Notes under the pieces: model-generated
The model's database searches: none
Told to the model about the DNA's origin: nothing
What the model saw: only the letters and a program-made list of their open reading frames with translations
Shown here: in pieces, positions 13,142 to 26,410 of the stretch
How the letters are laid out: every line of letters starts with the position of its first letter
Position numbering within the stretch: position 1 is the stretch's first letter
Made by a program: the position numbers and the translations under genes
Assembly (NCBI GenBank): GCA_030141605.1
Contig: JAQGDQ010000005.1
Location: 682,180 to 746,179, forward strand
Direction: 5' to 3'
Length of the DNA: 64,000 bases
From: Tubiluchus corallicola
Taxonomy: Eukaryota > Animalia > Priapulida

Positions 13142-13260
13142 AGGGCGGATACTGGGCCTACGTTCTCTGCTTGTAATGTATGATTTGAGACCATTATTTC
13201 TTCGAGACAGACCAATCTGCGGTGCGTTGCAAAAGTCATCAGAAATCATACATTACAAGA
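13142..13260. promoter_or_regulatory. Putative STX6 promoter (GC box, CCAAT) with a 17-bp inverted repeat
   Basis: GGGCGG at about 13143, CCAAT at about 13212, and CTTGTAATGTATGATTT (13170-13186) paired with AAATCATACATTACAAG (13243-13259). Confidence 0.4.
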
Positions 13261-13464
13261 AACAGTTTGCTGTTGTAATTCACAAAATTACCGTATTAAG
13301 TGTCAACTATTTACGAAAGCTGCGTGTAGCTTGTTTGTGCACTAAAATTCTTTTTTATTTGCAGTAGAAGACCGTAATGCTGGTTTCTGTCTAGTTACTG
13401 TTTTTCTTTCTTCGATGGATACGTGTCGGTCTTGAGTGGCTACGATACTTGTGTTGGGCCGTTG

Positions 13465-16400
13465 ATGGAGGATCCATTTTTCGTTGTGAAAGAGTATGTT
13501 TTTTGCTTTTAGTTAGCTGTGGGTTGTCCATCAGGTGTTTGCTAGGTTGCTAACGTATTATTTAGCCTTGATGTTCTCACGATGAAAAACATTGTTTGGT
13601 TTTGAGTTTGCTGTTTTGTCTTAAATGTAAATCATATACATTCATATCTCGGTTTGCCGTACCTTGCTTTTACAGATATCGGAAGAAACGAATAAAATCT
13701 GGACCGTTAACAAGTCCCGTATACTACAGTCACAGTCCGTTGTTTCAACCACTAGTTGGCGGGCCGGCACTTTGTTTACACTACTACATCACATCTCTAT
13801 GTGTGCTTGCAAACCAAAACCGTCCATAAGTCGGCATAGTTAAAACAACCTTATGATGTTTCATAGAGTGCACCAAAATTTTGGTCTAATGAATATTAAT
13901 TTTTCGTTTCTTATAAAAACATATGCTAAATATATTGGACTTTTATATTTCTCTATAGGGAATTTTCAATGGTAGAGAGTTTGTGTTTAAGCTTTTTTCT
14001 GTTGTCTTTTACTTTGTAATTAGGGGCTAAATAGCTTAGTAGAATTTCTGTTTTTCTGCAGTGGAGTTGGAAGCTTTAGCCTGCCTTAGAACTTATTTTC
14101 TCAATAAGTTTTTTGTTTATTTTGCCTTTTCTTGTTGTTTGGTTGGATGCTGAACAAAACTAGATGACTTTTTGTTGACTCAGGTTTACTTCTGAGAAAA
14201 TTCTATACTAAAGTTGACAACTGGTTTCCATGGACAAAGAGTTATGGACTGCTTAAATTAACAGATCATTGAGCTTGTTGTTTAATGTAGTCCATTCATC
14301 TTTGCTGAGATTTGGTGACAGAAACTTGAGGAAAGTGATTACTGACATCAATGGAACTATTATCCTGGCATTGTTGCTTACATTTGACTGACTGTTGGTG
14401 GTCAGAACAGCTACTGATTGGCTAGCCATTGAGAGATATAAGAGAGCTAGAAGAACAAATTTGCAGGGTGTTAGAAACCATACTAAGTACAACTAAGTGC
14501 AGCACTTGTAGAATATGTTGTTTCCCTTGACTCTTTGTCCTCCATTGCATTGAAACCTTTATTCCAGTCAAATTATGCAATTTTTGTAGTTCTAAGTCTT
14601 TTATGAGTGACTGAATCAAACATTTTCAGTAAAGTCTAAACAAATCTGTTTTTTTAAACTGTGTGGAATTTGTGTATTTAATATGTGACACTGGCCATTT
14701 GCAAATAATTTTTTCCTCATTATGTATAGTAAGTGATGCCAGACTTTCTACCAATTTTTTTGTGTTTTGCAGAGAGGTTATTAAAGCTGTAGACACCTCA
14801 AAAGGACTGTATTCACGTTGGTGTGAGTTGGTAGAAGACCCCAATGCTGTCTCTCGTGAAGAATTTGACTGGACTACAAATGAACTTCGCAATTCCATAC
14901 GGAGCATAGAGTGGGATTTGGAAGACCTTGACGAAACTGTGCGTATCCTTTATTGTTCCAGTACAGCTTCATAACATAAAGCTTAATTATAAATGTAAGT
15001 AAACTGTAATTGACTTCAAGCATATTGGTCTATCGCTCCAGCTGCGTTGTGACGTAAGCACGCTGAGGAACATTACGGACATCAGCTCACAGTGAATAAT
15101 AACTTTCTTTAGCAAATAACATGACAACTATAATGTGTAATAAGTGGATAAACTGACTGTGCTTTTTCGTTCACAAAATTTGCAAGGCAACAGATGTTTT
15201 TACTAGAAATTAATACTTTAAGTAGCTAAAAAATTTCTGCGCAATTTAAGCAGAATGTAGCAACAAAGTTTCAAAGAACTACAAAATGCATAGACTTGAG
15301 TGCCTAGTCTGGTCATTATTATCAAGGAACTAAGCCAGTTCTGCCTAGCTTTAAGACAAATGGGCAACAAAAATATTTATGAAGATCTCTTTTGCCTTTG
15401 AATATATGAACATATCAAGCCTGCAACGTATTTTTTCTGCATTTAACTGATCACGTAATTGTTCACAAACTTTTATCTAGTTTTTTCATTTTCGAACTAT
15501 TTGTTAGGCAACCAAAATGAAATAAATTTGAGTGTTTTCTTCCGTAGCCGATCTTACCCGAGTTAGTGGAAGTTACATAACTCATAAGTTCCAATAACAT
15601 CTTTTGACCATGATTATAACCAGAAAATAATGTAAAACTGACTACTTCAGGGTGCCAATATTACATTGATATGTAACATAAATTTTGACACATTTGAATT
15701 AAGAAGACATTTGAATTAATTTGGATCGTGAAGATCTTATTGTTGTTTATAAAAATGGACCTAGAAAGAAAACATTTTGCCTGAATGTGGGTTTCTATAA
15801 GTGTGCTGGCTTATCGCATAATCCTGACAGTCATCACAGATTCTCTTAGATGAGCTCAACTCTGCCGTTAGGCCTTAACAATTGCTGACTAGCTTATTCC
15901 CATTCTTGCAACCTGCGCAAACCTACATAGAGGTGCTCAGGCTGTAATTTTTACATGTTGTTTTACCCTTGCATCATTTATACCTGCTAACTCATTTAAT
16001 CTGAAGTTATAAATTTCATTGTCACCTCTGTTCAGGTAAGCCATTTGAGGTGTGCGATCATTAAAGCAGCGTCATATGATCGGCCTGACCTTTTTAGGTT
16101 AATTTGTTTAAAGTGAATCAAATAGTTGTCTTTATCTAACTTGCAAGATCATAAATTAAGCTAAACTGCATATTTTATTAATAACAAAATCAGTAACTCA
16201 TACATGCAAACGTTGTGCATTTCTTTCTGTAAAAAATAGAATTAGACTATATATTTCCACTAATTCACTTGCAATTTCAGTCGACAATCTGTAATAAAAT
16301 CTAAAACCAGGTCTGTTTCTCTCCCGCAAATTAATGAAAAGTTGAGCATTTCAATAACTGTTTCACTAGCAGTATAACAATAAATAGTTGCTGCTCATGT

Positions 16401-19400
16401 TCCTGGTTGTCCCGAAAAACCTGGCAACGAGTAAGTTCTGCAGGCGTGTGTACGCTGATTAGGCAGATAGCAGAGCTTGACTGAGAATGATTGACATTTT
16501 GCTTGACATCATTTTGTTGATCAGCTATTTGGTTCTTTTGCCAGATGCGGTAGTGTACTTTTATGATTACTGTTACATAGATTTGTATATTGGTTTGCAG
16601 CCACATCCTTGTTGTCGCTCACTGGCAATGGACCTGAGATTTATTTCTCTTGTAGTAAAAAACACCCTGTGATATTTTTTCTATAATCAGGTCGGGGCTC
16701 GGTATTTGACAAGTGGAATGTTGTGCAAGTCATGTGGATAGTGGGACGATGATAGCATCTCCTATGCATGCTGTATTCTTTGTGTAAATGTGGGCTTCAG
16801 GCTCTGTACTACGAAACTTTGAACCTTGTTGTGTAAAGCAGAATTATTTTATACAAATCTACACTTGATAAGCCAGCGTTTAGCAGTGAACTACAAGTCC
16901 TATTTAGTGTAGAAGGTGTGGAGTAGTACTGAATTGTAGGACTGTCAAGGACATTTTTGTGAATAACTGAACGATTAGCATGACTTAGCCACATTCTTTA
17001 GCGTTTAGCATGTATGTCCTTTTTCAATGAAATGAATAGCTGTGGACAGTTCCGACCACTTAGATGTAATGTTGCTGGTGTTTGCTCACTCATTTATTAA
17101 CCAAGCTCGCATTGCTTAATTTTGATTGTTACATGCACAGAGCGACTGTTGTCTGTTCCTGCTTTAGTTACATACAATGATTTTGCAGTTATTTATATAA
17201 TCCTAAATGTCATGCATCCTCATTAAGTCTATTTTCAGTTATTTTAAAACTTCTAGTATACTTCCTTATAAATGGTAATAGGTATTGTTGAGAAAAATCA
17301 CAAGAAATTTAAAATCACCGAAGAAGAGGTTGAAAATAGGAAACAGTTTGTACAAAAGTCTCAAGAAGTTGTAAAGGTAATTTTTGTCAATTCCTATGCA
17401 TCCTTTGGGAAAATTTTTAACTGCTTATCAAATGTTTTGGCAATTTATTAAATTTGTGTTCAAGCAAAAGTTTGCCTGCACTTGCTCCTTTACCGAGCCA
17501 CCAAGAGTCCAGAACAGCTCACCTCCACACTCTCCCTGATTCACTCCTTCTCCAATTGGTAAACCCGGGGGTGTCGGGGAAAATCACATTCACAAGGTTG
17601 TCATCCTAGGCAGGGTTAGTTAACTTTTGTATAATCAACTGCCTGCAGGCTTTGTGAGCTTTGCATTCTGTTTCGAATATCTGTTTACCAATAATAGTTA
17701 CGTAATCACTACAAATAATTTTATTTACAAATATCACAAAATAATTTTTGCTTCTAAGCTGCACAGCAAATTGCATGAACATTGCAAACTGGTGTTCAGT
17801 TGCAACCTAGTGAATTTTATAGAATCTTTGTAGCCAAAATTTCTCTGAGAATTTGCATGTTTTATGATTTACTTATCTTAGGAGATGCGAGATCATATGG
17901 CAAATCCAGGGATCAATCGTCAAAGTGATAAAAAAAGCTCAAGGCAGGTGAGTAAAAAAAACATTGAAATTTGTTCGAATGCAGGTGAATTGAAGATGTT
18001 TTAACTGCATTTTTCTACTTGCAGTTTGCAGCACAAGTCTTATTGTTAAACATTGATTATCAATGAATTTGATACATTGCACTGAACACTAGCTTCACTC
18101 CAAGTATTTATTTCCATTTGTTGCTAGTCCAAGAAAATGGATGATTTCTTGCAATAATTCTAAATTGTATCCTATTAATATGAGGTGCTGTAATGCACAT
18201 AGCCTCTGATGTGATGTGGGTTGTGATGTGGTGCACATGTGCTTTCCGGCATGACCTGCTGTGGTGCACATGTGTTCTTCAGTGTAATAAAGTGCTGCGG
18301 TGCTCAAAGCTGCATTGTTCTTGTATAGTAATTTAGCTATTATAGGTACAACATGGTTTTCCCAACACTGTGTATAACAACAATGCACATCAAGGTTTAC
18401 GCCAGAATTGCGGAAATCTGTTTGATTTACTTCACATTTGCGTTCTTTCTTAATAAGTTATCTTTCCACCGTTACTAGTGTTCTGAGTAATTTAAAAAAA
18501 ATTTAAATACTAAGTTGTCAGTCTAATATAGTATACACAAAACTATTAAATTCATTTTTTTGTTTTAATGGCATTATTTAATGCAAAATCTCTTTAGAGA
18601 ATTACAAATAATCTATTGTGTTTGGCTATATACTGGAGTGCAATTTGGTGTGGTGTCATCATATCTAAACCAGTAGCTGGTATCATATATCACACATCCA
18701 TTTTCCTGCATACTGTGGCGAGCCCCAACCCACCCCAACTCATGCCAAGTGCCAGCTAAAAAGAATATTATTAACACAGCATTATTAGTACATTGTTGCA
18801 TTTTCAGAGACTATTGGAAACTGCCCCAGGAACATACAGTAAGTACACACGTTTAGAAAATGAGGCAGAGTTATCAAATCAAGCATTTATAAATGATGCA
18901 CATCAAAGGCAACAGGTATTATATTTCTTAACTTATTATGCTATTGTATTTATCATATTAACTCCCTTGTTAGGCTTTTCTAGTTAACCTGGAGTTAAGC
19001 AACTTTTTGTCACCACTCTTTATATGCAAGCCCATTTACAGTTCTAGTCTAGCGATTTTCAGTCAAAATGAATTATTTAGCAACTGTAAACGACATTTCA
19101 GTATGTCATGCAATGTGTTCAATGTAACATTTGCCTGTTCTTAATTAAATTGTAGCTCTTATTCTTTTGACATAATGCATTGCAATGTTTTGCTTAGCTC
19201 ATGCTGTCAGCACAAGATGAACAATTGGATATGATAGGAGATAGTGTTGGTGCACTGAAAGACATGAGTCATACCATTGGTAGTGAATTGGATGAACAAG
19301 CAGTGTAAGTTTAACGTGTTGGATTTACATTTACTAAGTTTTGGATTTTCGTTACTAGTCAAAAGATCTGTTAATAGAAATGTGACATTGACAATTAAAA

Positions 19401-21067
19401 GCTATCTGATGGCATGCATTGTCGTAAGTAAGCAAATAGAGACGTTCATCTAGGAAATATTGTTGACTCCATATATCGTTATATGTGATGTGGGTAATGT
19501 AGTAAGTTGTAAAATCATGTAACAGAGCTTCTCAAATCACCAAACACACAAGCAAAACCAAAGGATTTCCTGTGTTGCAAGAATGTGTTTAGAGATTGCA
19601 GTGTAATTTTTTGCATTATCCCCCAAAAAAGTCATTTCTCGTTTACATTAGAAAAGTATAGCTGGAAACCAACTTCCACCTAATCCATATTACTTTTATA
19701 TTTTTCACAAGTAGGTATTATAGTTGTTTCAGCGCAGTAGAAAAATTAACTGAAACTTCAAAGTTGGGTACTGTTTATTTTATTCAAGTATGGACTTTTT
19801 ACCTGTAATTTAGACTACTATACACAGCTAGTAGTTATCATTATAAACAATTCTACAGTGCGATTTGTAGGGCTTAAAAATTTTCTGCAAAATGGTATAG
19901 AGTTTTCATGTTTGGCTTATTTCCCAAAAAATATACAAGCACTTAAAATGTGATCATATTTGCATAGCCGATAGAAAAATCCATGTTTTTAAAGTATAGT
20001 TTCTAAGTGTTAATGGTTAAAATAGTTTTGTGTGACACTGAGATTAAATATGTGTGATCCAAGTAATTTTCATACGTGTATTTTAGCATGCTCGATGATT
20101 TTGCGCACGAATTAGACAGCACACACGATCGTATGGGTAATGTGATGAAGAAAGTGTCTAAGGTTCTACACATGACTGATGGTACGTTGCTATGGCATAC
20201 TTTTAAATATTTGCTGCATGCGTAAAAAAAGTTATGTAAGTTGATTTACCTTTAACTTTATTTCGACTATCTATTGAATAATGCGCAGGCACTGTGCCAC
20301 AAAAATGCATTAACAGTTTGATGCTTTCATTTCGTCTAAAACTGAATATTTTTTATATGCAGTGTTTCATTTTACTCTAATGGCATTAATTTGCTGTTCA
20401 ATATACTGCCAGTTTTGTATCCGTTTAACAAAACTGGTAAATTACTGAGAAAGGATGCATTTTAATAGGTAAAATCAATTATTATTAAATTTATACGAGC
20501 ACTCAAGTACAGGGTGTACTTTGAGAATGTGTGACTATGTGAAATATTATTAATCTCTGGGTTTGTGTTCTCCTGCTGATACCAAATGAGCCAATGGATT
20601 AGCTCGGCCATTGAATGTTTGTTCTCTGTGTCAGAAGGTCAAAGTTGCCTGGTTTCTGTGTAACTTTTGTGTTCGTGTCCGTGAACGTAATACTTAGATG
20701 GCAGATGAAACCACTACCAAAACTAGTTGTTTCAGTAGCCATTGATTTACTTACGACACTGGTAATCGCCATGCCAAGGTCTCCTCAGTTTAATTTGTTA
20801 TTATTTATTATTAGATGCTTTTAGAAATTTTGAGAGCCAGTCTTCAAGTTTCTGAACTATTCGTGCATTATCAAACTCTAAAAATTTGGCTTTACACAAA
20901 GTTCCCGTTTGATCACCTGAGAAAAAAGTTATACAAAAAGAAAAAGTGTCTTAAACTATATAATTAGGGCTGTTGGTGTTTATATTTCAGATAAAACCCA
21001 ATGGATCACGATAATAGTTCTTCTAGTCATTATGGTTATTGTTATCCTGTTGTTCTTTATCTTGTGA
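13465..21067 (+). CDS. STX6: Syntaxin-6 (Qc-SNARE)
   Basis: Exons 13465-13493, 14773-14942, 17282-17376, 17882-17947, 18808-18915, 19198-19304, 20087-20181, 20991-21067. Translation gives [36 protein letters not shown], a SNARE motif [36 protein letters not shown] and a C-terminal transmembrane anchor. Confidence 0.95.
14943..17281 (+). other. U12-type (minor spliceosome) GT-AG intron, STX6 intron 2
   Basis: 5' site GTATCCTTT at 14943; branch-like TTCCTTATA at 17262-17270, 11 nt before the end of the AG; no polypyrimidine tract; the join restores the frame (ETVR-IVEKN). Confidence 0.9.
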
Positions 21068-21429
21068 TATTTTGAGTATCTGGAACACCAGAGAGGCCAG
21101 CTCTGCATGGAGTATATGTATCTACAGAGCATCTGGATCAACTCATATCCAAAAGCATCATAATACTGAGTAACCTTTAATCTTATCATGACCCCAATTC
21201 AATATTCCTTGGGACCCTTACAAAGTAAATTTTGTAGTTGTTTTTCTGTTACCTAAATGTGCTTTGTTGTAAATATAACCAATAATTCTATGTATCTGTT
21301 CATAAATGGAAAGTGTAACATAATATTGTAATTATGTATATAGCTTGTGTTAAAACCTAAAACTGTGCCATGTACATGTGAAGGAACTCTGCTCAGTATA
21401 TTTGATTCAGCTTGCTTGCTTTAAGGTTC

Positions 21430-22975
21430 CAGCTCATGAGATAATTTCGTAATAATCAGATTTACATTAAATGAAAGCAGATATTTTCCATACTGTCGTA
21501 TTAATATTGCAAGATATATTATCTAAAGTCTTATGAAGGTCCTCCCACTTTGTTGATGAGAAACATAATTCCTAGACTGAAGTCCAGTTTAGTAGTAATA
21601 TTAAGGTCTGTGACATTTATGACTGTCTTTATAATAAGGTTACTTAAAGATGTCATTGGTTCAAATCTTGGTAGGCTGTTCTGTTGGTTCATCAGCAGGT
21701 CAGTTAATCTAGCTAAAACATTTGAATTTTCATAGCAATCATGAACTGATCAGGTATTACATGTTCCATGCTTGTAGCAGTTGAAGCATACGAGTTGCAA
21801 TGGAATTTTCTACGAGCATTTTACTCTTATGTTTACGAGAGTCTTTCATAGAACGGCAGCAATTTGTGACCACATTCAACCATTACGTATCACTGTTGCT
21901 ACTTTTGTTGTCAGTTTCCATCTCAATGGTGCAAGCTTCTAGCTGATTTATGTTGTTCTTCTGTTTGAAAACTGATGTAGCCAGTTCGGATTTTTTGCTA
22001 GAGTATTTCAAGACAAAATGGTTTGTTCTGTACAAAAGGAGCACAATTTGCCCCATGCTGGATACATTATTTTTTTGACACTAGGTACTTAGCTGCTATT
22101 GTCAATATCAGGTTTCCTAGGCTTTGATCTAAATGTTTTTAGCTTTGACTTTGTACATCATTTCTTTTTCAGCCACTTTACATACATCTATTGTTTTTTC
22201 TAAAGTTAAGTCATGTTCTTTGATTAAAGCAGTTTATACATGGCTGTCCTGCAGACTGAGCATTGTTCCATCTTGAAGAACCGAATTAACAGAGCCATCA
22301 CAGTAGACACAGTCGCTACCGTCCTTATTGTTGATGATAACTGTATGAAGTTTGCCTTCATTTTGGCTTCGTTTGTTGAAGACATGTTTTTCAAACGTCT
22401 CAGTGATGCATCCGACTGCAAGTGGATTAAATTTGACGAGAATTTCATCTATAGCGTAGTCATTTGCCGAAGTGTCAAATTCGAATCCATTATAAATTCT
22501 TAGCATGTTATCATCAATAGTATGGAGTAGCAAAATAACCCGATATTCTATTGACTGCCTATTTAACTGTGTTATAATGGCATAATTACACCATTTTTGC
22601 TTGAAAATTCCAATTCTCGTTAATGTTGCAATCATCATTTAAAGAAGGTGTTGCGCATTCACCGTCATGTTATACGGTGTTTTGCGCACCAGGTGAATTT
22701 CCTTCCATCGCTTTGTCATGTTTGTCTTTATCACTCATTTTTTAGTTCTTAGTGAGTGCGTCCAAAGAGTTGCAGGTATGAACTTTTATATTCTGAGTGG
22801 GACAAATTTAGCACAATTCTCTTACACTAGCTGGTATACTAGAATCATTAAACACATCGTGCTCCATGCGATGTACTCATTATTCACGTAGTTTCAAAGT
22901 TGATGGTATCTGGGTGAATCAGCACAACTGTAGGCAAGTTCTTCATTGATCCTGTTTCTACTGCTATGTTATGTC
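21430..22975 (-). mobile_element. Decayed, internally deleted Gypsy (Mag-like) LTR retrotransposon
   Basis: Gag-like ORF 22234-22638 (FKQKWCNYAIITQL..ETFEKHVFNKRSQNEG), frameshifted zinc knuckle PAWGKLCSFC..NHF near 22020-22065, and a pol C-terminal QSGRT motif near 21540. No RT domain was seen. Confidence 0.7.
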
Positions 22976-23049
22976 AGCATAATCATGGGTCAAAGCTAAT
23001 AATAAAAGTTTTTGCATTATTACTGAGAAAGTATAATTATATTATAGGC

Positions 23050-23225
23050 AGTGGTTGCATTTACAGCACCTTAAACCTTTTACTTTTTGTTGTGTTTATA
23101 GCACCATAACCTTTTTATTTTTGGCCATGTTTATGGCACTGTAACCCTTTGGCTACGTTTGCAGCATTGTTGTTGTTTTTTTTACTTTTGGCTATGTTTA
23201 AGTTACTGTAACTCTTTCATTTATC
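23050..23225. repeat. Degenerate minisatellite (units of about 30-37 bp)
   Basis: Repeated (T)GTTTAnnGCACnnTAACCnTTT-like units. Confidence 0.5.
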
Positions 23226-23363
23226 CTAAGTCACTGTACATATAATCCTTTTTAAGTCACTTTTTCTTCCATTTTCACTGTACGTATAACCCTTCTGATA
23301 AGCATTTATTAGAAAATACGGACCAATTAGTATCTTGAAAAATATTGACTAGAAAATACGAAT

Positions 23364-23866
23364 CGTGGATGTGCTCCGTCCGTACAGGCAAAAAATGGCA
23401 AAAATCAGCATTGAATCATGCGATAGACTTGCTCACAAAACGTTGTAATTGCTATTCAAATTAATTACTATTTAAGCAAAGTGAAAAGTACATTTTAAGA
23501 AGACTGATACCGAAATTATTGCGTTTACTCTTTCAGATGTTTAAAACGGTTTCAAATTACTAATTGTTACATAGACATTATAGATTTGCATTTAACTGGT
23601 GACAATCTTGGGTTCAAAAATACGATTAATTAATTGCCGAATTATTATGAAATTAGCGAACAATTTAGGTACCACGTAGCCGTATGGCGACAAAAGAAAA
23701 TCTGACTACGTATAAAAAACAGGCGTGATTGATAGGTGGTATGTAATACTGAACTAAAACTTAGGTCACATGACTTAGACTGACTTCGTTTCAAACACCT
23801 GGATTAAAGATTACAAATGCAAAAACACAAAATAGTTTTATAAGGCTAAATTCGAATTGCTTGACG
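23364..23866. mobile_element. Interspersed repeat family B, copy 2
   Basis: Starts CGTGGATGTGCTCCGTCC..AAATGGCAAAAATCAG and ends AATTGCTTGACG; same orientation as and similar to 5524-6065. Confidence 0.7.
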
Positions 23867-23879
23867 GTGACAAGAATCT

Positions 23880-25800
23880 TTATCAGTTAATCTGGAAAGG
23901 CAATGGATAGAAAATGTGGTAGTGCCTTAACTGTTTGGATACATCAGTACTGTGGATATGAGAAATTCCTGTCAGTATTACAGAAATGGTGCAGCTGCGT
24001 GGAAATAACTTTTCCAAACTTGGCTGGAATAATATGACAATCTAAGTAGATGCTTTTTAACTTTTCCACTTCACCCTTCGTTTTTCCACACTTGGTTCAA
24101 GGTTAGTATCCTATGGCTTCTTAATATTATTCGACATTCTTCTTGAAATAACAACTTTGCTTGTTCTATATACAGACTGACCATTCCCATAGGACTACGG
24201 TTAGGGAGCTTATGAGGCCATACGGTTAGGGTATGTGGATTTGTTTTCTCTTTGACCTTGACTCCTAATTTGTCAGTTTCCATTTCCAATTTCACTCCCA
24301 GTGCTCTCTTATCCAGAACAAATCGTGGCTCTGTGTTCACTCGGAACAGTGGCTATTACTCTTCTATTTAGACAAAATCCACCTCTTGGTTAAAGGTTCG
24401 TCTAACGGCTGGATGAATAATATGGCTTGATACAGTCTATTGTATATACAGACTTGAAGCAATCATCAATGTGAAAACTATTCAAAACACTGTCCGCTAC
24501 CTCTGAATTAAAATAACTGACATTGTCAAATGGCATTCTTTTAATTTCAAATGACACCATGCTCGGCAACCGTACCCTGCCGAATAGAGGAACAGTTATT
24601 CTAAGTGCTTGCAATGGCTAATCCAAATAATTTGGCCACAATAAAAAACGAGGTAAGTCTTTGTTTTTGGGCGCCACAAACATTTGATGGAGCATTTCGC
24701 AAATATTTGCCATCAAAATCATTGGCTTCTGCCCAAAGCAAAGCAAGTATGCCAATCAATCTTTTCATGAGATCTAGGCCTTGAATTAAGTGATTCTCAA
24801 TCACAGGCAGCTGCACAATCAAATGTTGGTTTGTTTTTTCAGGCTTATTCTCGTTGAACACCAGGAAATGTGGCGAATCCCATATCATGTGTCTGGCCAG
24901 GTATTCACATTCTTCACTGACCACCTAGGCATATTTTTTATGCAATTAATCACTCATGGCATATTTAGTTTGCAGCTGAGGGTTTTTATTAGGTCTTGTG
25001 TACAACCCGTTCATACATTAAACTGTCATATCACAGTTGCTGGGAAAATCGACAGCATACTTTCACTAAAGTCTCCAATCCATGTCTGTCGTGATGCGTT
25101 ATTAAGTTTTTCTGAGTACTAATGGCTCTCATATCATGACGTGACATTATTTCATCCAGATTGGCTCTAATCGTCCAAAATTTTTCCACTTGTTTATAGA
25201 GCATGTTTTTTTATTAGCTGACTGATTCACATGCAGGCTGTAATTTTCACCATTGTTACAAGATGTTGCACTTCCCCCTACAGTTCCATTTAATGACCAA
25301 TCTAACCTCACTTTAATAGTGAGCTTTAGTAATCTGTATTCTACATCAGAATAAGGATCATCCGCCTCTGATGAGAGCTTAATTCCAAAAGTCTATTATC
25401 TGCTGGAGATATGGGCATTGGAAGGTCGACACTGTGAGGTACTAGTTGTATGGCATTTATATGGCTGATGCCACAATAGGATAACCGATTTTGTTCCTTG
25501 TTTTGAAAGTTAATTTTTCTTGGGGAAAAACAGTAATCATCAAAGTGGTTTTTTGTTCTCTTCAAACCTTTGGCACTGCAAGAGACACTTTTCTTTGACT
25601 GCGTATAAACCAGTCATGCACAGTTACTGCAGCGCACATGAGGAACCCACCATTTATCTTGGTTTCCAATATAATAGCCAACATAGTGATAGAATGCTGT
25701 TTTTCCTATGTAGTCATAATTCTCTGTTGGGTAGATGGAGTGAATAGTCTATAAATGGAATCGTGTTAAAGCCAGTATAGAAACCTGTAAACTTCATACA
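23880..25800 (-). mobile_element. Decayed BEL/Pao LTR retrotransposon pol fragment
   Basis: Frameshifted pieces PHFLVFNENKPEK, LIQGLDLMKRLIGIL, NSFHIDDCFKSV (YVDD equivalent) and RALGVK...D.LGVK are in Pao RT/RNase H order. Confidence 0.72.
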
Positions 25801-25816
25801 CGCAGATTTTAATGGC

Positions 25817-26410
25817 TAGGAATGTTTACAATGATGATAAGTATCAATAATTATCGATTATGGTATTGATCCGAGAAAATTTGTTTTTATCGTTATTGTA
25901 TTGATTTTATTCAAGGAATATCTTTATCGCATTGAATTTTGTGCATATTGTTGCTTATTTCTCAGCTTTATAAAATCACTTCATTTTGCTTTTTCAGTTG
26001 GAAATACCCTTCATTTTCCAATGGAAATACATAATAAAGTAATAAAAGAGTTACTTATAAGAATAATGGGTTGAATAATTGCCTTGTACTTTTTTCCTGC
26101 AATAGTGACTGTCTTCATTCAGTTTAGTGACATGCGGATACCAAGTGTGGTATTTTCGGATGCATTTTCCTAGTTATGTGCAGCAGTGCATTATTTTATG
26201 ACTAAACCATGTATCCATGCATTAATCAGGAAACGGCGGTGCTGTAATATTCTATTTGGCTTTACACAATAACTAACCGGACGTACTTCAGTATTGTTAT
26301 AAATAATTTATCGTATTGTATCGTATCATCAGAAAACAGATTATCATATCATGTTGTTGGAAAAAAGTATCGTGTCGTATCAGCAAATTTGTGACGTTTA
26401 TTATCCCTAA
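25817..26410. mobile_element. hAT-like MITE
   Basis: Ends TAGGAATG...ATCCCTA with TATCG-rich subterminal repeats at both ends; no clear TSD verified. Confidence 0.45.
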
